From Dehalococcoidia bacterium (GTDB lineage Bacteria > Chloroflexota > Dehalococcoidia > UBA6926): 64,000 nucleotides of DNA. The stretch lies in contig CBDBNN010000002.1 of NCBI GenBank assembly GCA_965207895.1, forward strand, positions 92,498-156,497. Direction: 5' to 3'. The notes beneath the pieces are model-generated. The model was not told the DNA's origin. It was given only the letters and a program-made list of their open reading frames with translations, and made no database searches. Both the position numbers and the translations under genes were made by a program. Position 1 is the stretch's first letter. Each line of letters opens with the position of its first letter. Of the stretch, positions 9,771-22,780 are shown piece by piece.

Positions 9771-10514
9771 CTACGAGTCAAATCCCAGCCCCATTTCTTT
9801 CATGCTGACTACACGAGTTCGCTCGTTGTGGGCCACAACGATGTGGTCGAGCACCTTGATGTCCAGGGCGTTGCCCGCCTCGATGAGTTGGCGCGTGGTG
9901 CGTTCGTCATCCGGACTTGGGGTGGGGTCTCCTGAGGGATGGTTATGAACGATGATGATGCCGGGCTGGTTTCGCCGCACGGCTTCCCGAAACACTTCCG
10001 CGGTCCTCACGTGAGACGAGTTGACGGTTCCGCGATACAGGCTCTCTACATGGACAACGTGGTTCTTCGTGTCCAGCACGAGAACGCGCAACTCTTCATG
10101 ATCAAGGAAGACCATGTCCGAGCCGACCACGTTATAGACATCCTCCGGCCCAGAGATCACCGGGCGCTGCTCCGGCGACTCAACCTGGAGCCGTCTTCCG
10201 AGTTCCAGGGCAGCCTTAATCTGAGCGGTCTTGGCGACTGCCATACCGGGCTGACGAGCAAGCTCATCAAATGTCGCCTGATGGAGTCCCTTGAGTCCTC
10301 CAAACTCGCGCAGGAGTCGCGTTGACATGGTGACGACGCTCTCATTGCGCCTGCCAACACGGAGGAGGATTGCAAGAAGCTCGGAATTGCTCAGAGCCTG
10401 CGCGCCCCGGTCTCTCAGACGCTCACGCGGCCTTTCATCCTGCGGCACGTCTCGTATGAGAAAACTCGCGGAGTATTCAGAATGCCTCGCGTATTTCTGC
10501 TCGTCCCCAACCAT
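9771..10514 (-). CDS. radC: RadC-family JAB domain protein (UPF0758)
   Basis: ERPRERL, HhH region, HNHPSGDPTPSPDD, VLDHIVV. Confidence 0.93.
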   Translation of the reverse strand: MVGDEQKYARHSEYSASFLIRDVPQDERPRERLRDRGAQALSNSELLAILLRVGRRNESVVTMSTRLLREFGGLKGLHQATFDELARQPGMAVAKTAQIKAALELGRRLQVESPEQRPVISGPEDVYNVVGSDMVFLDHEELRVLVLDTKNHVVHVESLYRGTVNSSHVRTAEVFREAVRRNQPGIIIVHNHPSGDPTPSPDDERTTRQLIEAGNALDIKVLDHIVVAHNERTRVVSMKEMGLGFDS

Positions 10515-10562
10515 GATCCGACCCCCGACACGCCGGTCTCGACCGGCCAAAAGACAAGAAAC

Positions 10563-10591
10563 CGGCGGCCTGTCGTCGTAACAGGCCGCCG
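10563..10591 (-). terminator. Hairpin terminator after rplL
   Basis: CGGCGGCCTGT-N7-ACAGGCCGCCG; on the minus strand it is followed by TTTCTTGTCTTTT. Confidence 0.7.
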
Positions 10592-10646
10592 TATCTGTTC
10601 GACTGCGATTTTGTCCCGGTCCCGTGATCCGGGCTCAGGCGATACT

Positions 10647-11042
10647 CTAGGTGATGTCGACGGCTGCGCCGACGCCCTCAAGCTTGGTCCTGATGGTGTC
10701 GGACTCGTCTTTCGCGACGTTCTCCTTGATGGCCGCAGGAGCGGACTCCACCAGTTCCTTCGCTTCCTTCAGGCCAAGGCCGGGCACCAACTCACGCACC
10801 GCCTTAATGACCTCAATCTTGTTGGGGCCGATGTCTTGAAGAGTCACGGTGAACTCGAACTTCTCTTCCTCGGCGGGGGCCGCTGCGGCATCCCCACCAC
10901 CGCCCGCCGCCGGAGCAGCCGCAACGGCGACAGGCGCGGCGGCTGTCACACCGAGCCGCTCCTCAAGCTCCTTGACCAGGTCGGCAAGATCAAGGACGGA
11001 CATGCCCTCGATTGCCGCAACAATCTCATCCTTTGTCGCCAT
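10647..11042 (-). CDS. rplL: 50S ribosomal protein L7/L12
   Basis: [19 protein letters not shown]...[23 protein letters not shown]; start corrected to ATG 11042. Confidence 0.97.
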   Translation of the reverse strand: MATKDEIVAAIEGMSVLDLADLVKELEERLGVTAAAPVAVAAAPAAGGGGDAAAAPAEEEKFEFTVTLQDIGPNKIEVIKAVRELVPGLGLKEAKELVESAPAAIKENVAKDESDTIRTKLEGVGAAVDIT

Positions 11043-11046
11043 CGTG

Positions 11047-11577
11047 TTAGCTCCTCTCCTCCAGCTGTCTGCGTCTTTGATCCAGGACATTCACAATACT
11101 GCTCACATGAGTATGCAATACACTGACCAGCCGTTGGCTTACTCCGTTCATCGCGCCCATCACCTGCGCCAGCAGCACTTCTCGTGACGGGAGCGTCGCC
11201 AGACGTTCCAACTGCGGCGGGGCAATGACCCGATTCTCCAGCACTGCGTTCGTGATCCGCAACTGCATCCTATTCGTTCGGACGTACGTCGAGAGAGCCT
11301 GGATGACTGGAATCGGATCCTCTCGGGTGACAATCAAGCCGACGGAGCCATCCAGCAGGCTGCCGATTTCGTCCCGTTGCCCCAACGACTCAGCCGCTCT
11401 CAGGGCGAGCCGATTCTTGACGATGCGATAGCGCGTGTCATTGATCCGCAAGGCGCCGCGCAGCCCTTCCATCTCTTGCACAGAGAGCCCGGAGTGGCCC
11501 GCGCCAATGATTAGAGACGCTCCATCAAGGAACTCCGTGAGTTCCTGCACCTGTTCAATCTTCTTTGCTGATGGCAT
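11047..11577 (-). CDS. rplJ: 50S ribosomal protein L10
   Basis: [10 protein letters not shown]...IVKNRLA...[13 protein letters not shown]; position between rplA and rplL. Confidence 0.95.
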   Translation of the reverse strand: MPSAKKIEQVQELTEFLDGASLIIGAGHSGLSVQEMEGLRGALRINDTRYRIVKNRLALRAAESLGQRDEIGSLLDGSVGLIVTREDPIPVIQALSTYVRTNRMQLRITNAVLENRVIAPPQLERLATLPSREVLLAQVMGAMNGVSQRLVSVLHTHVSSIVNVLDQRRRQLEERS

Positions 11578-11601
11578 GGCGTCGTCTCTCGATTACATCA
11601 G

Positions 11602-12318
11602 TTAGTCAACAGGTTGGAGGGCGCTTGCCGCAATAGGATCGATGCGGACGCCGGGTCCCATGGAGCTGGAAACGCTGACACTGCGGATAAATTGCCCGCG
11701 CACCACCTCTGGGCGGGCCTGCGTAATCGCGCTCACCAGGGCGGCCATGTTCCCCATCAGGTTTTCCGGTTCAAAGCTCGCCTTTCCGATTGGACTGTGG
11801 ATGATGCCGGTCCGGTCAAGGCGAAACTCAACGCGTCCCTTGCGGGCCTCTTCAATGGCGCGCGGCAGATCCTGCGGCTGCACCACAGTGTTTCCTCGCG
11901 GGCTCGGCATGAGTCCCCGGCGTCCAAGAACACGCCCTAGCCGACCAATACGACCCATGATGTCCGGCGTTGCCAGCGCGACGTCAAAGTCCGTCCAGCC
12001 GCCCTCGATGCGTTCGATGAGGTCGTCGGAGCCCACAAAATCGGCGCCGGCTTCGGTGGCCAGCCGCTCACCCTCTCCTTGCGCGAACACGAGGACACGG
12101 ACTGCCTTGCCGAGTCCATGCGGGAGCAGAGCGACACCGCGCACCTGTTGGTCCGCCTGCCGGGGATCAACGTTGAGGCGTATATGCAGCTCAACGGTCT
12201 CATCGAATTTCGCGGTGGCGGAATCCTTGACAAGACCTATCGCGGCATCCGGCTCGTAGAACGTCAGATGCTCAATCGGGTCAGCGGCCTGATCGTATCG
12301 CTTGCTGTGCTTTGGCAT
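11602..12318 (-). CDS. rplA: 50S ribosomal protein L1
   Basis: AKFDETVELHIRL, QQVRG..LLPHGLGK, GRVLGRRGLMP, SMGPG. Confidence 0.97.
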   Translation of the reverse strand: MPKHSKRYDQAADPIEHLTFYEPDAAIGLVKDSATAKFDETVELHIRLNVDPRQADQQVRGVALLPHGLGKAVRVLVFAQGEGERLATEAGADFVGSDDLIERIEGGWTDFDVALATPDIMGRIGRLGRVLGRRGLMPSPRGNTVVQPQDLPRAIEEARKGRVEFRLDRTGIIHSPIGKASFEPENLMGNMAALVSAITQARPEVVRGQFIRSVSVSSSMGPGVRIDPIAASALQPVD

Positions 12319-12336
12319 TTGCTGATTATCCGTGGC

Positions 12337-12762
12337 TTAGTCGCTAATGTCGATGCCCATGCTGCGGGCTGAGCCCATCACCATCTGCATCGCTGCTTCA
12401 ACATTGTCTGTATTGAGATCCTCCAACTTCAGTTGGGCAATCTCTCGCACCTGGTCCCGCGTGACCGTCGCGACACGCTCAGTCCGTACGTCTGAACTGC
12501 CCTTTTCGATACCGGCGGCCTTGCGCAGGAGATCGGATGCAGGCGGCGTCTTCGTGACAAAGGTGAATGATCGATCCTCGTAGATTGTGATGTCAACAGG
12601 GATGATATTCCCGGTCTGGTCCGCCGTCCGCGCGTTGTACTCCTTGACGAATCCCATGATGTTCACGCCATGGGGGCCAAGGGCCGTGCCGACGGGTGGC
12701 GCGGGCGTCGCCTTGCCTGCCTGAATTTGCAGGCGCACTACCGACCGTACTTTTCGTGCCAT
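12337..12762 (-). CDS. rplK: 50S ribosomal protein L11
   Basis: [34 protein letters not shown]. Confidence 0.98.
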   Translation of the reverse strand: MARKVRSVVRLQIQAGKATPAPPVGTALGPHGVNIMGFVKEYNARTADQTGNIIPVDITIYEDRSFTFVTKTPPASDLLRKAAGIEKGSSDVRTERVATVTRDQVREIAQLKLEDLNTDNVEAAMQMVMGSARSMGIDISD

Positions 12763-12822
12763 TTTTCTTCTCGGTTGTCCTGTTGGTTGATGTTCAGGGT
12801 AAGACAGCGATGATTACGTTAG

Positions 12823-13383
12823 CTAGAGTTTTTCTATCTGGAGGAAGTCCAGTTCAACGGGTGTCTCCCGGCCGAAGAACGAGACCATCACAACAACCTT
12901 GCCGCGATCCGGGCTGACTTCCTCAACCGTGCCGATGAAGTCCAGGAACGGGCCGTCCGTAATACGCACGCTCTGCCCCTTCTGATACCCCACGCGAACG
13001 CGCGGCGCTTCCTGCTCCATCTGATCCAGGATGGATCGCACTTCGTTCTCATCCAGTGGAACCGGCCGCGGAGGGTCACCGCTGCTCACGAAACCGGTGA
13101 CGCCGGGGGTTTCCCGCACCACGCGCCATGTTTCGTCGTCCATCATCATCTCAACCAGGATGTAGCCCGGGAATACTTTGCGGGTCACGGTGCGCTTCTG
13201 CCCGGACCGAATCTCGATTTCATCTTCGGTGGGCACAATGACGCGATAGACCCGATCCCTGACATCCAGCGAGTCGATACGGTTCTCCAGATTGCGTTGG
13301 ACACGATCCTCCTGTCCGGAGTACGTGTGAACCACATACCAATGAACCTGTGTTTCGAGAATCTCGCTCTGCTGGGAAGTCAT
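12823..13383 (-). CDS. nusG: Transcription termination/antitermination factor NusG
   Basis: [30 protein letters not shown] domain [16 protein letters not shown]. Confidence 0.97.
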   Translation of the reverse strand: MTSQQSEILETQVHWYVVHTYSGQEDRVQRNLENRIDSLDVRDRVYRVIVPTEDEIEIRSGQKRTVTRKVFPGYILVEMMMDDETWRVVRETPGVTGFVSSGDPPRPVPLDENEVRSILDQMEQEAPRVRVGYQKGQSVRITDGPFLDFIGTVEEVSPDRGKVVVMVSFFGRETPVELDFLQIEKL

Positions 13384-13406
13384 GGTCTGCCTGTCCAAAC
13401 CAACGC

Positions 13407-13637
13407 CTAGACGCCCAGGATGAACTCGGTCATCAGGAAATTGAAGACGTAGTCCACACCGCCAAGGAACAGTCCGACTATCGTGGAAACAACCAGCACC
13501 ATGATGGTGAGGCGGACGGCCTCTTCACGAGACGGCCACGTCACACGCCGGAGTTCGGTGATGACCTCCCGCGGCAAGCGCGTCATGGAACCCGCGCCGG
13601 GGCGGCGTGTACTGGTGGTCGGGGTACGTGTGCTCAC
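13407..13637 (-). CDS. secE: Preprotein translocase subunit SecE
   Basis: ELRRVTWPSREE followed by one TM helix; GTG start at 13637 chosen because it lies just after the rpmG stop. Confidence 0.9.
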   Translation of the reverse strand: MSTRTPTTSTRRPGAGSMTRLPREVITELRRVTWPSREEAVRLTIMVLVVSTIVGLFLGGVDYVFNFLMTEFILGV

Positions 13638-13657
13638 AGAATCACCAAACGGTATGC

Positions 13658-13825
13658 CTACCGGACCTCGCGGTGAAGACGGCGCCCATGACAACGCGGG
13701 CAGAACTTATTGAGTTCCATCCGCTGCGTGTCATTACGACGGTTCTTCATGGAGGAATAGTTGCGCTCACGGCATTCCACGCATGCCATGGTGATAACGA
13801 TGCGGTTTCCCTGTTTCTTTGCCAT
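13658..13825 (-). CDS. rpmG: 50S ribosomal protein L33 (Zn-binding CxxC...CxxC form)
   Basis: Manual translation: [55 protein letters not shown]. Too short for the ORF track. Confidence 0.96.
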   Translation of the reverse strand: MAKKQGNRIVITMACVECRERNYSSMKNRRNDTQRMELNKFCPRCHGRRLHREVR

Positions 13826-13869
13826 GGTTGCCTCGTTAGCCGTGAGCGCCTCTCCCCGGTTTGCGGTTT

Positions 13870-15069
13870 TTACTGGATGATGCCGGTAATCACGCCAGAG
13901 CCAACGGTTCGGCCGCCCTCACGGATGGCGAACCTGAGCCCCTCTTCCATCGCAACGGGCGTGATCAGCTCGATGCGCATTTCGACGTTATCCCCGGGCA
14001 TCACCATTTCCGTGCCTTCAGGAAGGTGCGCGGAGCCTGTGACATCCGTGGTGCGGATGTAGAACTGCGGCTTGTAGCCATCGAAGAATGGCGTATGTCG
14101 CCCGCCCTCATCTCGCGTCAGAACATACACTTGCGCCGCGGCCTGGGTGTGAGGCGTGATGGAACTCGGCCTGGAGACCACCTGCCCCCGCTCCACATCA
14201 TCGCGCTCAATACCCCGAAGAAGGAGACCGACTGCATCACCCGGCTCCGTCTCGTCGACGATCTTATGGAACATTTCAATACCTGTGACGACGGTCTTCC
14301 TCTGCTCGCCGAAGCCGACGATCTCGACCTCTTCGCCAACCTTCATGATGCCGCGCTCGACACGGCCGGTCACGACGGTGCCACGGCCCTTGATGCCAAA
14401 GACGTCCTCAATGGGCATCAGGAAAGCTTGATCGCGCGGGCGCTCCGGCTCCGGGATGTAAGAGTCAACCGCTTCCATCAACTGGAGGATGGAAGCATAT
14501 TCCGCCGCGCTCGCATCGCTCGCATCGCTCTCCAAGGCCTGCAGGGCGCTTCCGCGGATGAACGGGATGTCATCACCAGGGAAGTCGTACGTCGAAAGGA
14601 GTTCTCGGACCTCCATCTCGACCAGCTCAAGAAGCTCCTCGTCATCCATCATGTCAACCTTGTTGAGGTAGACGACGATGCGGGGAACTTCCACCTGCCG
14701 GGCGAGAAGGATGTGCTCTCGCGTTTGCGGCATGGGGCCATCAGGAGCGCTCACAACCAGGATGGCGCCGTCCATCTGCGCCGCGCCGGTGATCATGTTC
14801 TTGATGTAGTCGGCGTGACCCGGACAATCGACGTGCGCGTAGTGGCGAGTAGCCGTTTCATACTCGACGTGCGCGATGTTGATCGTCACGCCGCGAGCTC
14901 GCTCTTCGGGAGCGTTGTCGATGGAATCAAAGGGCCGAAAGTCGCTTGTGCCGGCGAGATTCAGCACCTTGGTAATCGCTGCGGTGAGCGAGGTCTTGCC
15001 ATGGTCAACGTGACCAATTGTCCCGACGTTGAGGTGCGGCTTGTTCCGCACAAACTTCTGCTTCGCCAT
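13870..15069 (-). CDS. tuf: Elongation factor Tu
   Basis: [33 protein letters not shown]. Confidence 0.99.
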   Translation of the reverse strand: MAKQKFVRNKPHLNVGTIGHVDHGKTSLTAAITKVLNLAGTSDFRPFDSIDNAPEERARGVTINIAHVEYETATRHYAHVDCPGHADYIKNMITGAAQMDGAILVVSAPDGPMPQTREHILLARQVEVPRIVVYLNKVDMMDDEELLELVEMEVRELLSTYDFPGDDIPFIRGSALQALESDASDASAAEYASILQLMEAVDSYIPEPERPRDQAFLMPIEDVFGIKGRGTVVTGRVERGIMKVGEEVEIVGFGEQRKTVVTGIEMFHKIVDETEPGDAVGLLLRGIERDDVERGQVVSRPSSITPHTQAAAQVYVLTRDEGGRHTPFFDGYKPQFYIRTTDVTGSAHLPEGTEMVMPGDNVEMRIELITPVAMEEGLRFAIREGGRTVGSGVITGIIQ

Positions 15070-15091
15070 TCCCTCCCGTCCTCCTTCGAGC

Positions 15092-15167
15092 TGGAGCCCA
15101 CAACCAGATTCGAACTGGTGACCTCGTTCTTACCAAGAACGTGCTCTACCGCCTGAGCTATGTGGGC
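15092..15167 (-). tRNA. tRNA-Thr(GGT)
   Basis: GCCCACATAGCTCAGGCGGTAGAGCACGTTCTTGGTAAGAACGAGGTCACCAGTTCGAATCTGGTTGTGGGCTCCA; full cloverleaf with encoded CCA. Confidence 0.96.
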
Positions 15168-15241
15168 CTCTCTCTCCTTTCCACTTTTTCTGCTTCCAAT
15201 TCGCCATTTCATCGTGCCTACGGGCGGCATACGTGTGATGC

Positions 15242-15317
15242 TGGAGCCCGAGAGGGGATTCGAACCCGCTAACCTGCCGATTACAAATCGGCTGCGCTAC
15301 CCTTGCGCCACTCGGGC
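15242..15317 (-). tRNA. tRNA-Thr(TGT)
   Basis: GCCCGAGTGGCGCAAGGGTAGCGCAGCCGATTTGTAATCGGCAGGTTAGCGGGTTCGAATCCCCTCTCGGGCTCCA. Confidence 0.96.
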
Positions 15318-15373
15318 CGGGCCCTTCTCCTTGACGGCACAACAAAAGGAGCTAGCGGTTGCTAGCCCAGTTC

Positions 15374-15402
15374 AGTATGAATTGCAGGCTATCAATCGTC
15401 AA
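15374..15402 (-). promoter_or_regulatory. Promoter of the tRNA-Thr/tuf cluster
   Basis: TTGACG (15402-15397)-N17-CATACT (15379-15374). Confidence 0.55.
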
Positions 15403-15416
15403 GTAGACGGCATGCG

Positions 15417-16628
15417 TCAGAGAAGGGAATCCTCCGCAGCCCGCCGCACGATGTCATACACACGACTCAGCGGCACGGAGGACTGTTCTGCCAGTTGGCG
15501 ACAGTCCTCATATTCAGGAGAAATGCCGACTATCTCGCCTCCTGCAGCCAGCCGTTTAATCTTGACGCCCGCCGGGCCGAGTGGAGTCTGAATCACGACC
15601 GACTCTCTGACCGCTTCATAGCGCGTCACGGAGGTGACGCGGACCCCAAGCGTGGTTGTTTCGCGGAGCAGCTCGCGGATGATTACGTCCTTCCCGGATT
15701 CCGGCGCGATTGCAGACACGATTACGCCCGGGCGGCCCTTCTTCATCTGGACGTTCTGCAGCCAGACATCTCGCGCGCCGGCCGCCATCAGACGCTCGCG
15801 AACGTAGTCATAGACCTCGGGATTCATATCGTCGATAGTGGTTTCGACCATGACCATTTGCCGAGTCTGAACCGGCTCTGCGTCTGCCTCTCCAACGACG
15901 AGGGTGACGATGTTTGCCCTGCCCTTTGGGTCTTTCGTTCCTGCGCCGTAGCCGACGGCGTGAACCGTGTTCATTGCAGGGGGAGGATCAAAGGAGGCAA
16001 GCGTTGTGACGATTGCCGCGCCGGTAGGAGTTACCAATTCGCTCGTTTGCTGACCTTCACCATTCATGGGTGGAGGCAATGCGGGTGCTCCGGCCAGTCG
16101 CATGATTTCCAGCACGCCGGGAGCCGGCACGGGGAGGATTCCATGATGAGTGGTCACACGGCCGGTTGCCAACGGGAGGCCGGTGGAATAAAGGGGTTCA
16201 ATTCCAAGCTCGCCCAATCCGACGAGCGTTCCAACAATGTCAACAAGTGTGTCGGCTGAACCGAGTTCCGCGAGTTCTACAGACTCAGCGCTGCCGCCGT
16301 GGACACGCGCTTCCGCCTCGCCAATGCGGTGCAGGATGGCGATTGATCGTTCAGTCACACGTGATGGAAGAGCGGCCCCCTCAACGCGGTCAACAAGGTC
16401 TCTAAGTGGCGTATGATCCGTAGCGCCATTGCCGCCCTGAACACTGATGTGCGTTGCGCGGATTCCGGCCCGAAAGGTTTCAGTTGGCGCAAGCCGGATC
16501 TGCTCGTCGGGGAATACACAATCGATTGCCGCGTTCATCACATCCACCGGAGCGCCGGCGTCCACAAGCGCTCCCAACAGCATGTCACCGCTGACACCGT
16601 TCGCGCATTGCAGCCACGCGATTCGCAT
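15417..16628 (-). CDS. larC: Nickel-pincer cofactor nickel insertase LarC (single uninterrupted ORF)
   Basis: GVSGDMLLGALVD, DTLVDIVG, ELVTPTGAAI, ETTIDDMNPE, MKKGRPG, ETTTLGVR, PEYEDC. Confidence 0.93.
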   Translation of the reverse strand: MRIAWLQCANGVSGDMLLGALVDAGAPVDVMNAAIDCVFPDEQIRLAPTETFRAGIRATHISVQGGNGATDHTPLRDLVDRVEGAALPSRVTERSIAILHRIGEAEARVHGGSAESVELAELGSADTLVDIVGTLVGLGELGIEPLYSTGLPLATGRVTTHHGILPVPAPGVLEIMRLAGAPALPPPMNGEGQQTSELVTPTGAAIVTTLASFDPPPAMNTVHAVGYGAGTKDPKGRANIVTLVVGEADAEPVQTRQMVMVETTIDDMNPEVYDYVRERLMAAGARDVWLQNVQMKKGRPGVIVSAIAPESGKDVIIRELLRETTTLGVRVTSVTRYEAVRESVVIQTPLGPAGVKIKRLAAGGEIVGISPEYEDCRQLAEQSSVPLSRVYDIVRRAAEDSLL

Positions 16629-16639
16629 GCGGCCTAACC

Positions 16640-17521
16640 CTACCCGCTCTGTTTGGGGAGCGTCGCCGAGCCGTTCTGGCTTGAGGAGATTGCAGCCTTA
16701 CGTGTGTTCAGGCTGCCAGTCTTGTATCCGGCGAGATCCAGTGTGACGAATAGATAGCCCAGCTCACGGATGTGGTTGATCAGGTCCTCGCGCAGATCCT
16801 CAGCGATCAGGCGATGCATATCCTCGGACGGAACCTCGATCCTGGCAATCGCGCCGTGATGGCGCACACGAACCTGCCTGAAGTTCTGCTCATGGAGATA
16901 TTTCTCGGCGCGTGCGATCTTGTCGAGAAGCTCGAACGAGACTGGCGTACCCAATGGAATACGGGAGGCGAGGCACGACTCAGCTGGCTTATCCCAGTTG
17001 GGCAAACCGCGCTCGCGGGCCATAAGGCGTACTTCGTCCTTGGTCAGGCCGACCTCCACGAATGGGCTGCGGACACCTTGCTCGTCCTTCGCCTTAAGAC
17101 CGGGGCGCACGTCTCCCAGGTCATCCATGAGAGTGCCGTCAATGATCCACGGAATCCCATGTTCCTCGGCAATCGTGTGCAGCTGCGAGAACAGATCAAC
17201 GCGGCAGAAGTAACAGCGGCGACCATCATTCGCTGCAAAGCCCTCCATATCCAGTTGGTCAGTGTAGAAGAACTCGTGGCGGGCATTTAGAAATGCAGCG
17301 ATGTCCCGGGCTTCTTCGGCCTCGGAATCAGCGAACGTGGGGGAGAGCGCGGTTACCGCAAGGGCATCCTGCTTCAAGACGTCAACCGCCTCAGCGAGAA
17401 GGAGGCTGGAGTCGACGCCTCCCGAAAAGGAAACGACAATTGAACCCATTTCCCTGAGCAGAGCACGCAGTTGCTCACGCTTCTGCGCAGTATCAGGCAC
17501 CGGAGCGAGACTGCTATTCAA
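16640..17521 (-). CDS. larE: NPN-cofactor sulfur transferase LarE
   Basis: PP-loop SFSGGVDS, RCYFC, RPGLKA, DKPAESCLASR, QVRVRHH, FVTLDLAGY. Confidence 0.93.
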   Translation of the reverse strand: MNSSLAPVPDTAQKREQLRALLREMGSIVVSFSGGVDSSLLLAEAVDVLKQDALAVTALSPTFADSEAEEARDIAAFLNARHEFFYTDQLDMEGFAANDGRRCYFCRVDLFSQLHTIAEEHGIPWIIDGTLMDDLGDVRPGLKAKDEQGVRSPFVEVGLTKDEVRLMARERGLPNWDKPAESCLASRIPLGTPVSFELLDKIARAEKYLHEQNFRQVRVRHHGAIARIEVPSEDMHRLIAEDLREDLINHIRELGYLFVTLDLAGYKTGSLNTRKAAISSSQNGSATLPKQSG

Positions 17522-18930
17522 GTTGACCTCCTCCCGGAAAAGCGGGCTTCCGGCTCGCTTGCCTGTGGATATTCGGAAAGGGTTAGCTCAACGGCCTCCT
17601 GGAGGGTTGTGGCAGGAACAACTTCGATTGGTGTTTCAAGCGCGGGAACAGCATCAGGAGGCGCAATAATGCGGCGGTAGCCGCGGCGGGCAGCCTCGTT
17701 GATACGGCGTTGGAGTTGGGGGACACGGCGAATGTCGCCGGTAAGGCCAATCTCTCCGACTGCGGCAAACTCCGGAGAAGCAGGAACATCACGAAGACTT
17801 GAGACAATAGCGAGCGCGATTGCAAGGTCGGCGGACGGGCTTGTGATGCGGAGACCTCCGATGGCATTGACGATAATATCGTGCTTTCCGAGCGGCAGCC
17901 GCAGGCGTCGTGAGAGAACAGCGCATATGAGCAGAAGTCGGTTCAGGTCAACGCCCGTCGCCATGCGCCGCGGGTCTGCCCCGCCGGACGGAGCAACAAG
18001 GGCTTGTACTTCGACCAGCAAGGGGCGGGTTCCCTCAACGATGGGGGTGACGATGGAACCGGGCGCGGTGGATGTTCGTTCCTGCGTGAGTGCGGCGGAG
18101 GGATCATCCACCTCACGCAGGCCGCTGTCAGTCATTTCAAGGACGGCAATTTCATCCGTGGAACCGAAACGATTCTTCACACACCGGGCGACACGATACG
18201 GGCCGAGACCCTCGCCCTCCAGGTAGAGCACAACGTCGACGGCGTGCTCAAGCACGCGCGGGCCTGCGATTGCGCCGTCCTTCGTCACGTGGCCAGTCAT
18301 GATGACAGACACGCCCCGTCGGCGACCCCACTCAACAAGCCGAGCGCCGCACTCTCGCACCTGCGCAACAGTTCCCGCTGATGCCGATGCGTCAGTCCTG
18401 AGCGTTTGAATGGAATCCACAAGCAGCAAGTTTGGCGGGCTATCGCTGAGCGCCTGCAAGAGTGCGTCGATGTTCGTCTCGGACAGCAGCGTTATGCCGT
18501 CGCCCGCAAGGGAGAGACGGGCGGCGCGGAGGGCAATCTGCTCCGGTGATTCCTCTCCGGCCACGTACACCACACCTGCTCCTGTCTTCCCCAGCACCGA
18601 GGCGATCTGCAACAGCAGGGTTGACTTACCGATGCCGGGCTCGCCTCCGAGTAGGGTCACGCTGCCGGGCACGATACCGCCTCCAAGGACGGTCATAAGT
18701 TCCGGCATGTTGGCTACTGCAATCCGTGAGGGTTGTGCCGCAGCCTTTTCTATGAGGGCTGTCAAAGCGGCAGGAGGAGCGGCCTCCGGGACACCGACCG
18801 CTCGCTCCTTGATCTGGACCTCTATCTCGACAAGCGAACCCCACGATTCACAGCGTGGGCAACGTCCCTCCCAGCGGGACAATTCCGCCCCACAAGCCGT
18901 GCAGCTATACGCAACGCGCGGTCGTGGCAT
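17518..18930 (-). CDS. radA: DNA repair protein RadA (Sms)
   Basis: Zn finger CxxC...CxxC, Walker A GEPGIGKST, KNRFG, Lon-like C-terminal domain. Confidence 0.97.
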   Translation of the reverse strand: MPRPRVAYSCTACGAELSRWEGRCPRCESWGSLVEIEVQIKERAVGVPEAAPPAALTALIEKAAAQPSRIAVANMPELMTVLGGGIVPGSVTLLGGEPGIGKSTLLLQIASVLGKTGAGVVYVAGEESPEQIALRAARLSLAGDGITLLSETNIDALLQALSDSPPNLLLVDSIQTLRTDASASAGTVAQVRECGARLVEWGRRRGVSVIMTGHVTKDGAIAGPRVLEHAVDVVLYLEGEGLGPYRVARCVKNRFGSTDEIAVLEMTDSGLREVDDPSAALTQERTSTAPGSIVTPIVEGTRPLLVEVQALVAPSGGADPRRMATGVDLNRLLLICAVLSRRLRLPLGKHDIIVNAIGGLRITSPSADLAIALAIVSSLRDVPASPEFAAVGEIGLTGDIRRVPQLQRRINEAARRGYRRIIAPPDAVPALETPIEVVPATTLQEAVELTLSEYPQASEPEARFSGRRST

Positions 18931-18951
18931 CGTGCCAGACCTAACCGTCAG

Positions 18952-21477
<2,526 letters not shown>

Positions 21478-21531
21478 TGTTTTCTCCGCTCACCCTTTTA
21501 TGTGGGATTCGCGCCCGCGCCTTCCAAAATC

Positions 21532-22674
21532 CTATGCATCTACCTGGCGTAGGCTGAGACCCAGCCTGCGCCGCTCCGGTTCAATCCGGAGCACTTTCAC
21601 CCGCCTCGTATCTCCCTCCTTGATGACCTCTCGCGGGTGATTGATGTGGTGATCCGCCATTTCCGAGATGTGGATAAGGCCCTCTATATTACTTTGCTCC
21701 AAACGTGCAAAAGCGCCAAATACGGCAAGACGGGTCACAGTCGCATCGACAATCTGACCCTCCTGATAAGCCTCCACCTCCGCAAGCCACGGATCCGGCT
21801 GTGTGCGGCGCAGGCTAAGGGAGATGCGGCCCGTCTCGTGGTCGACCTTGAGGACGTGCACCTCGAGTTCCTGTCCCGTCTGCACAATCTCCGAGGGATG
21901 CGTAACGGGTTCCCACGCAAGCTCAGACACGTGGATGAGGCCGTCAGCGCCGCCAAGGTCAACGAACGCGCCGAAATCGCGCACCCCTGTCACCCGGCCC
22001 TTGCGGACTGTTCCCTCCTGCAGTTCAGCAAGCAAGGCTTGCCGCTGCTCAATGCGCATGTCCTGGGACGCTGCACGCTCTGAGAGGATGGCACGCTGGC
22101 GGCGACGATTAACCTCGATGACCTTGAACTGGAATTCCTGGCCGACAAGCGTATCGAGCGCCTGTAGCTGGTCATCGCCCTCGCCGGACGCAAGTTCACG
22201 GTGCTCAGGCGACAACTGCGACAGCGGCACAAACGCCTGGACGCCTCGCGTTTCGACAAGGATGCCACCGCGATTGTGGCCGATGACCTTGCCAGTTATA
22301 AGTTCGTCGGAATCCTTTTCCTTTTCGAGTTGGCGCCACCCACGCTCGGCCTGCGCGCGGTCATACGAGAGCATGTATTGGCCGGCCTCATCGGTTCGTA
22401 CGAGAGTTGCAACGATGGAATCTCCGGCCTTGAGGGCTTTAGCCTCATCCTCAGGGAGACTCCGCATTTCGCGATAAGGTATAACCCCTTCGCTCTTTGC
22501 ACCGATGTTTACAAGAAGCCCCTCTTCGTCAACGTGGACGATGGTGCCCTCCACGGCCTCACCGCGGCGGAGGACGGGCATATTTTGGCCTTCAGCCTCC
22601 AAAAGGCGAGCCATCTCGCTATCTTCTGGCCGTTGCGATTCCTGTTGACTACCCTCAACGGGCTCCTGGAGCAT
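21532..22674 (-). CDS. rpsA: 30S ribosomal protein S1 (four S1 domains)
   Basis: Repeated S1 motifs (FGAFVDLGGADGLIHVSEL; FGAFARL..IEGLIHISEM). Start set to ATG 22674 with a GGGGA SD. Confidence 0.88.
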   Translation of the reverse strand: MLQEPVEGSQQESQRPEDSEMARLLEAEGQNMPVLRRGEAVEGTIVHVDEEGLLVNIGAKSEGVIPYREMRSLPEDEAKALKAGDSIVATLVRTDEAGQYMLSYDRAQAERGWRQLEKEKDSDELITGKVIGHNRGGILVETRGVQAFVPLSQLSPEHRELASGEGDDQLQALDTLVGQEFQFKVIEVNRRRQRAILSERAASQDMRIEQRQALLAELQEGTVRKGRVTGVRDFGAFVDLGGADGLIHVSELAWEPVTHPSEIVQTGQELEVHVLKVDHETGRISLSLRRTQPDPWLAEVEAYQEGQIVDATVTRLAVFGAFARLEQSNIEGLIHISEMADHHINHPREVIKEGDTRRVKVLRIEPERRRLGLSLRQVDA

Positions 22675-22780
22675 CGAGTCCCCTGACGTTGCGCTTGAGC
22701 GCACAGTGATGTTGCAAGTATACACCGCAACGGCGATGCAACGCATTTGATTTCCTGTATTTGACGGTATCGTGATGAGC

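Noticed and set aside
10551-10646. Absence of rpoBC after rplL
   Set aside because: As I recall, this split is normal in Dehalococcoidia; useful for taxonomy, not novel.
13861-15156. 431-aa plus-strand ORF
   Set aside because: Antisense to tuf and tRNA-Thr; a well-known artefact of conserved genes.
15168-15241. Possible tRNA (Tyr/Gly/Sec) between the two tRNA-Thr genes
   Set aside because: No T-loop (GTTCRA) or acceptor stem pairing. No tRNA-Sec was recognised anywhere in the window.
15417-16628. Programmed frameshift in larC
   Set aside because: Here larC1 and larC2 form one continuous frame, so no frameshift is needed.
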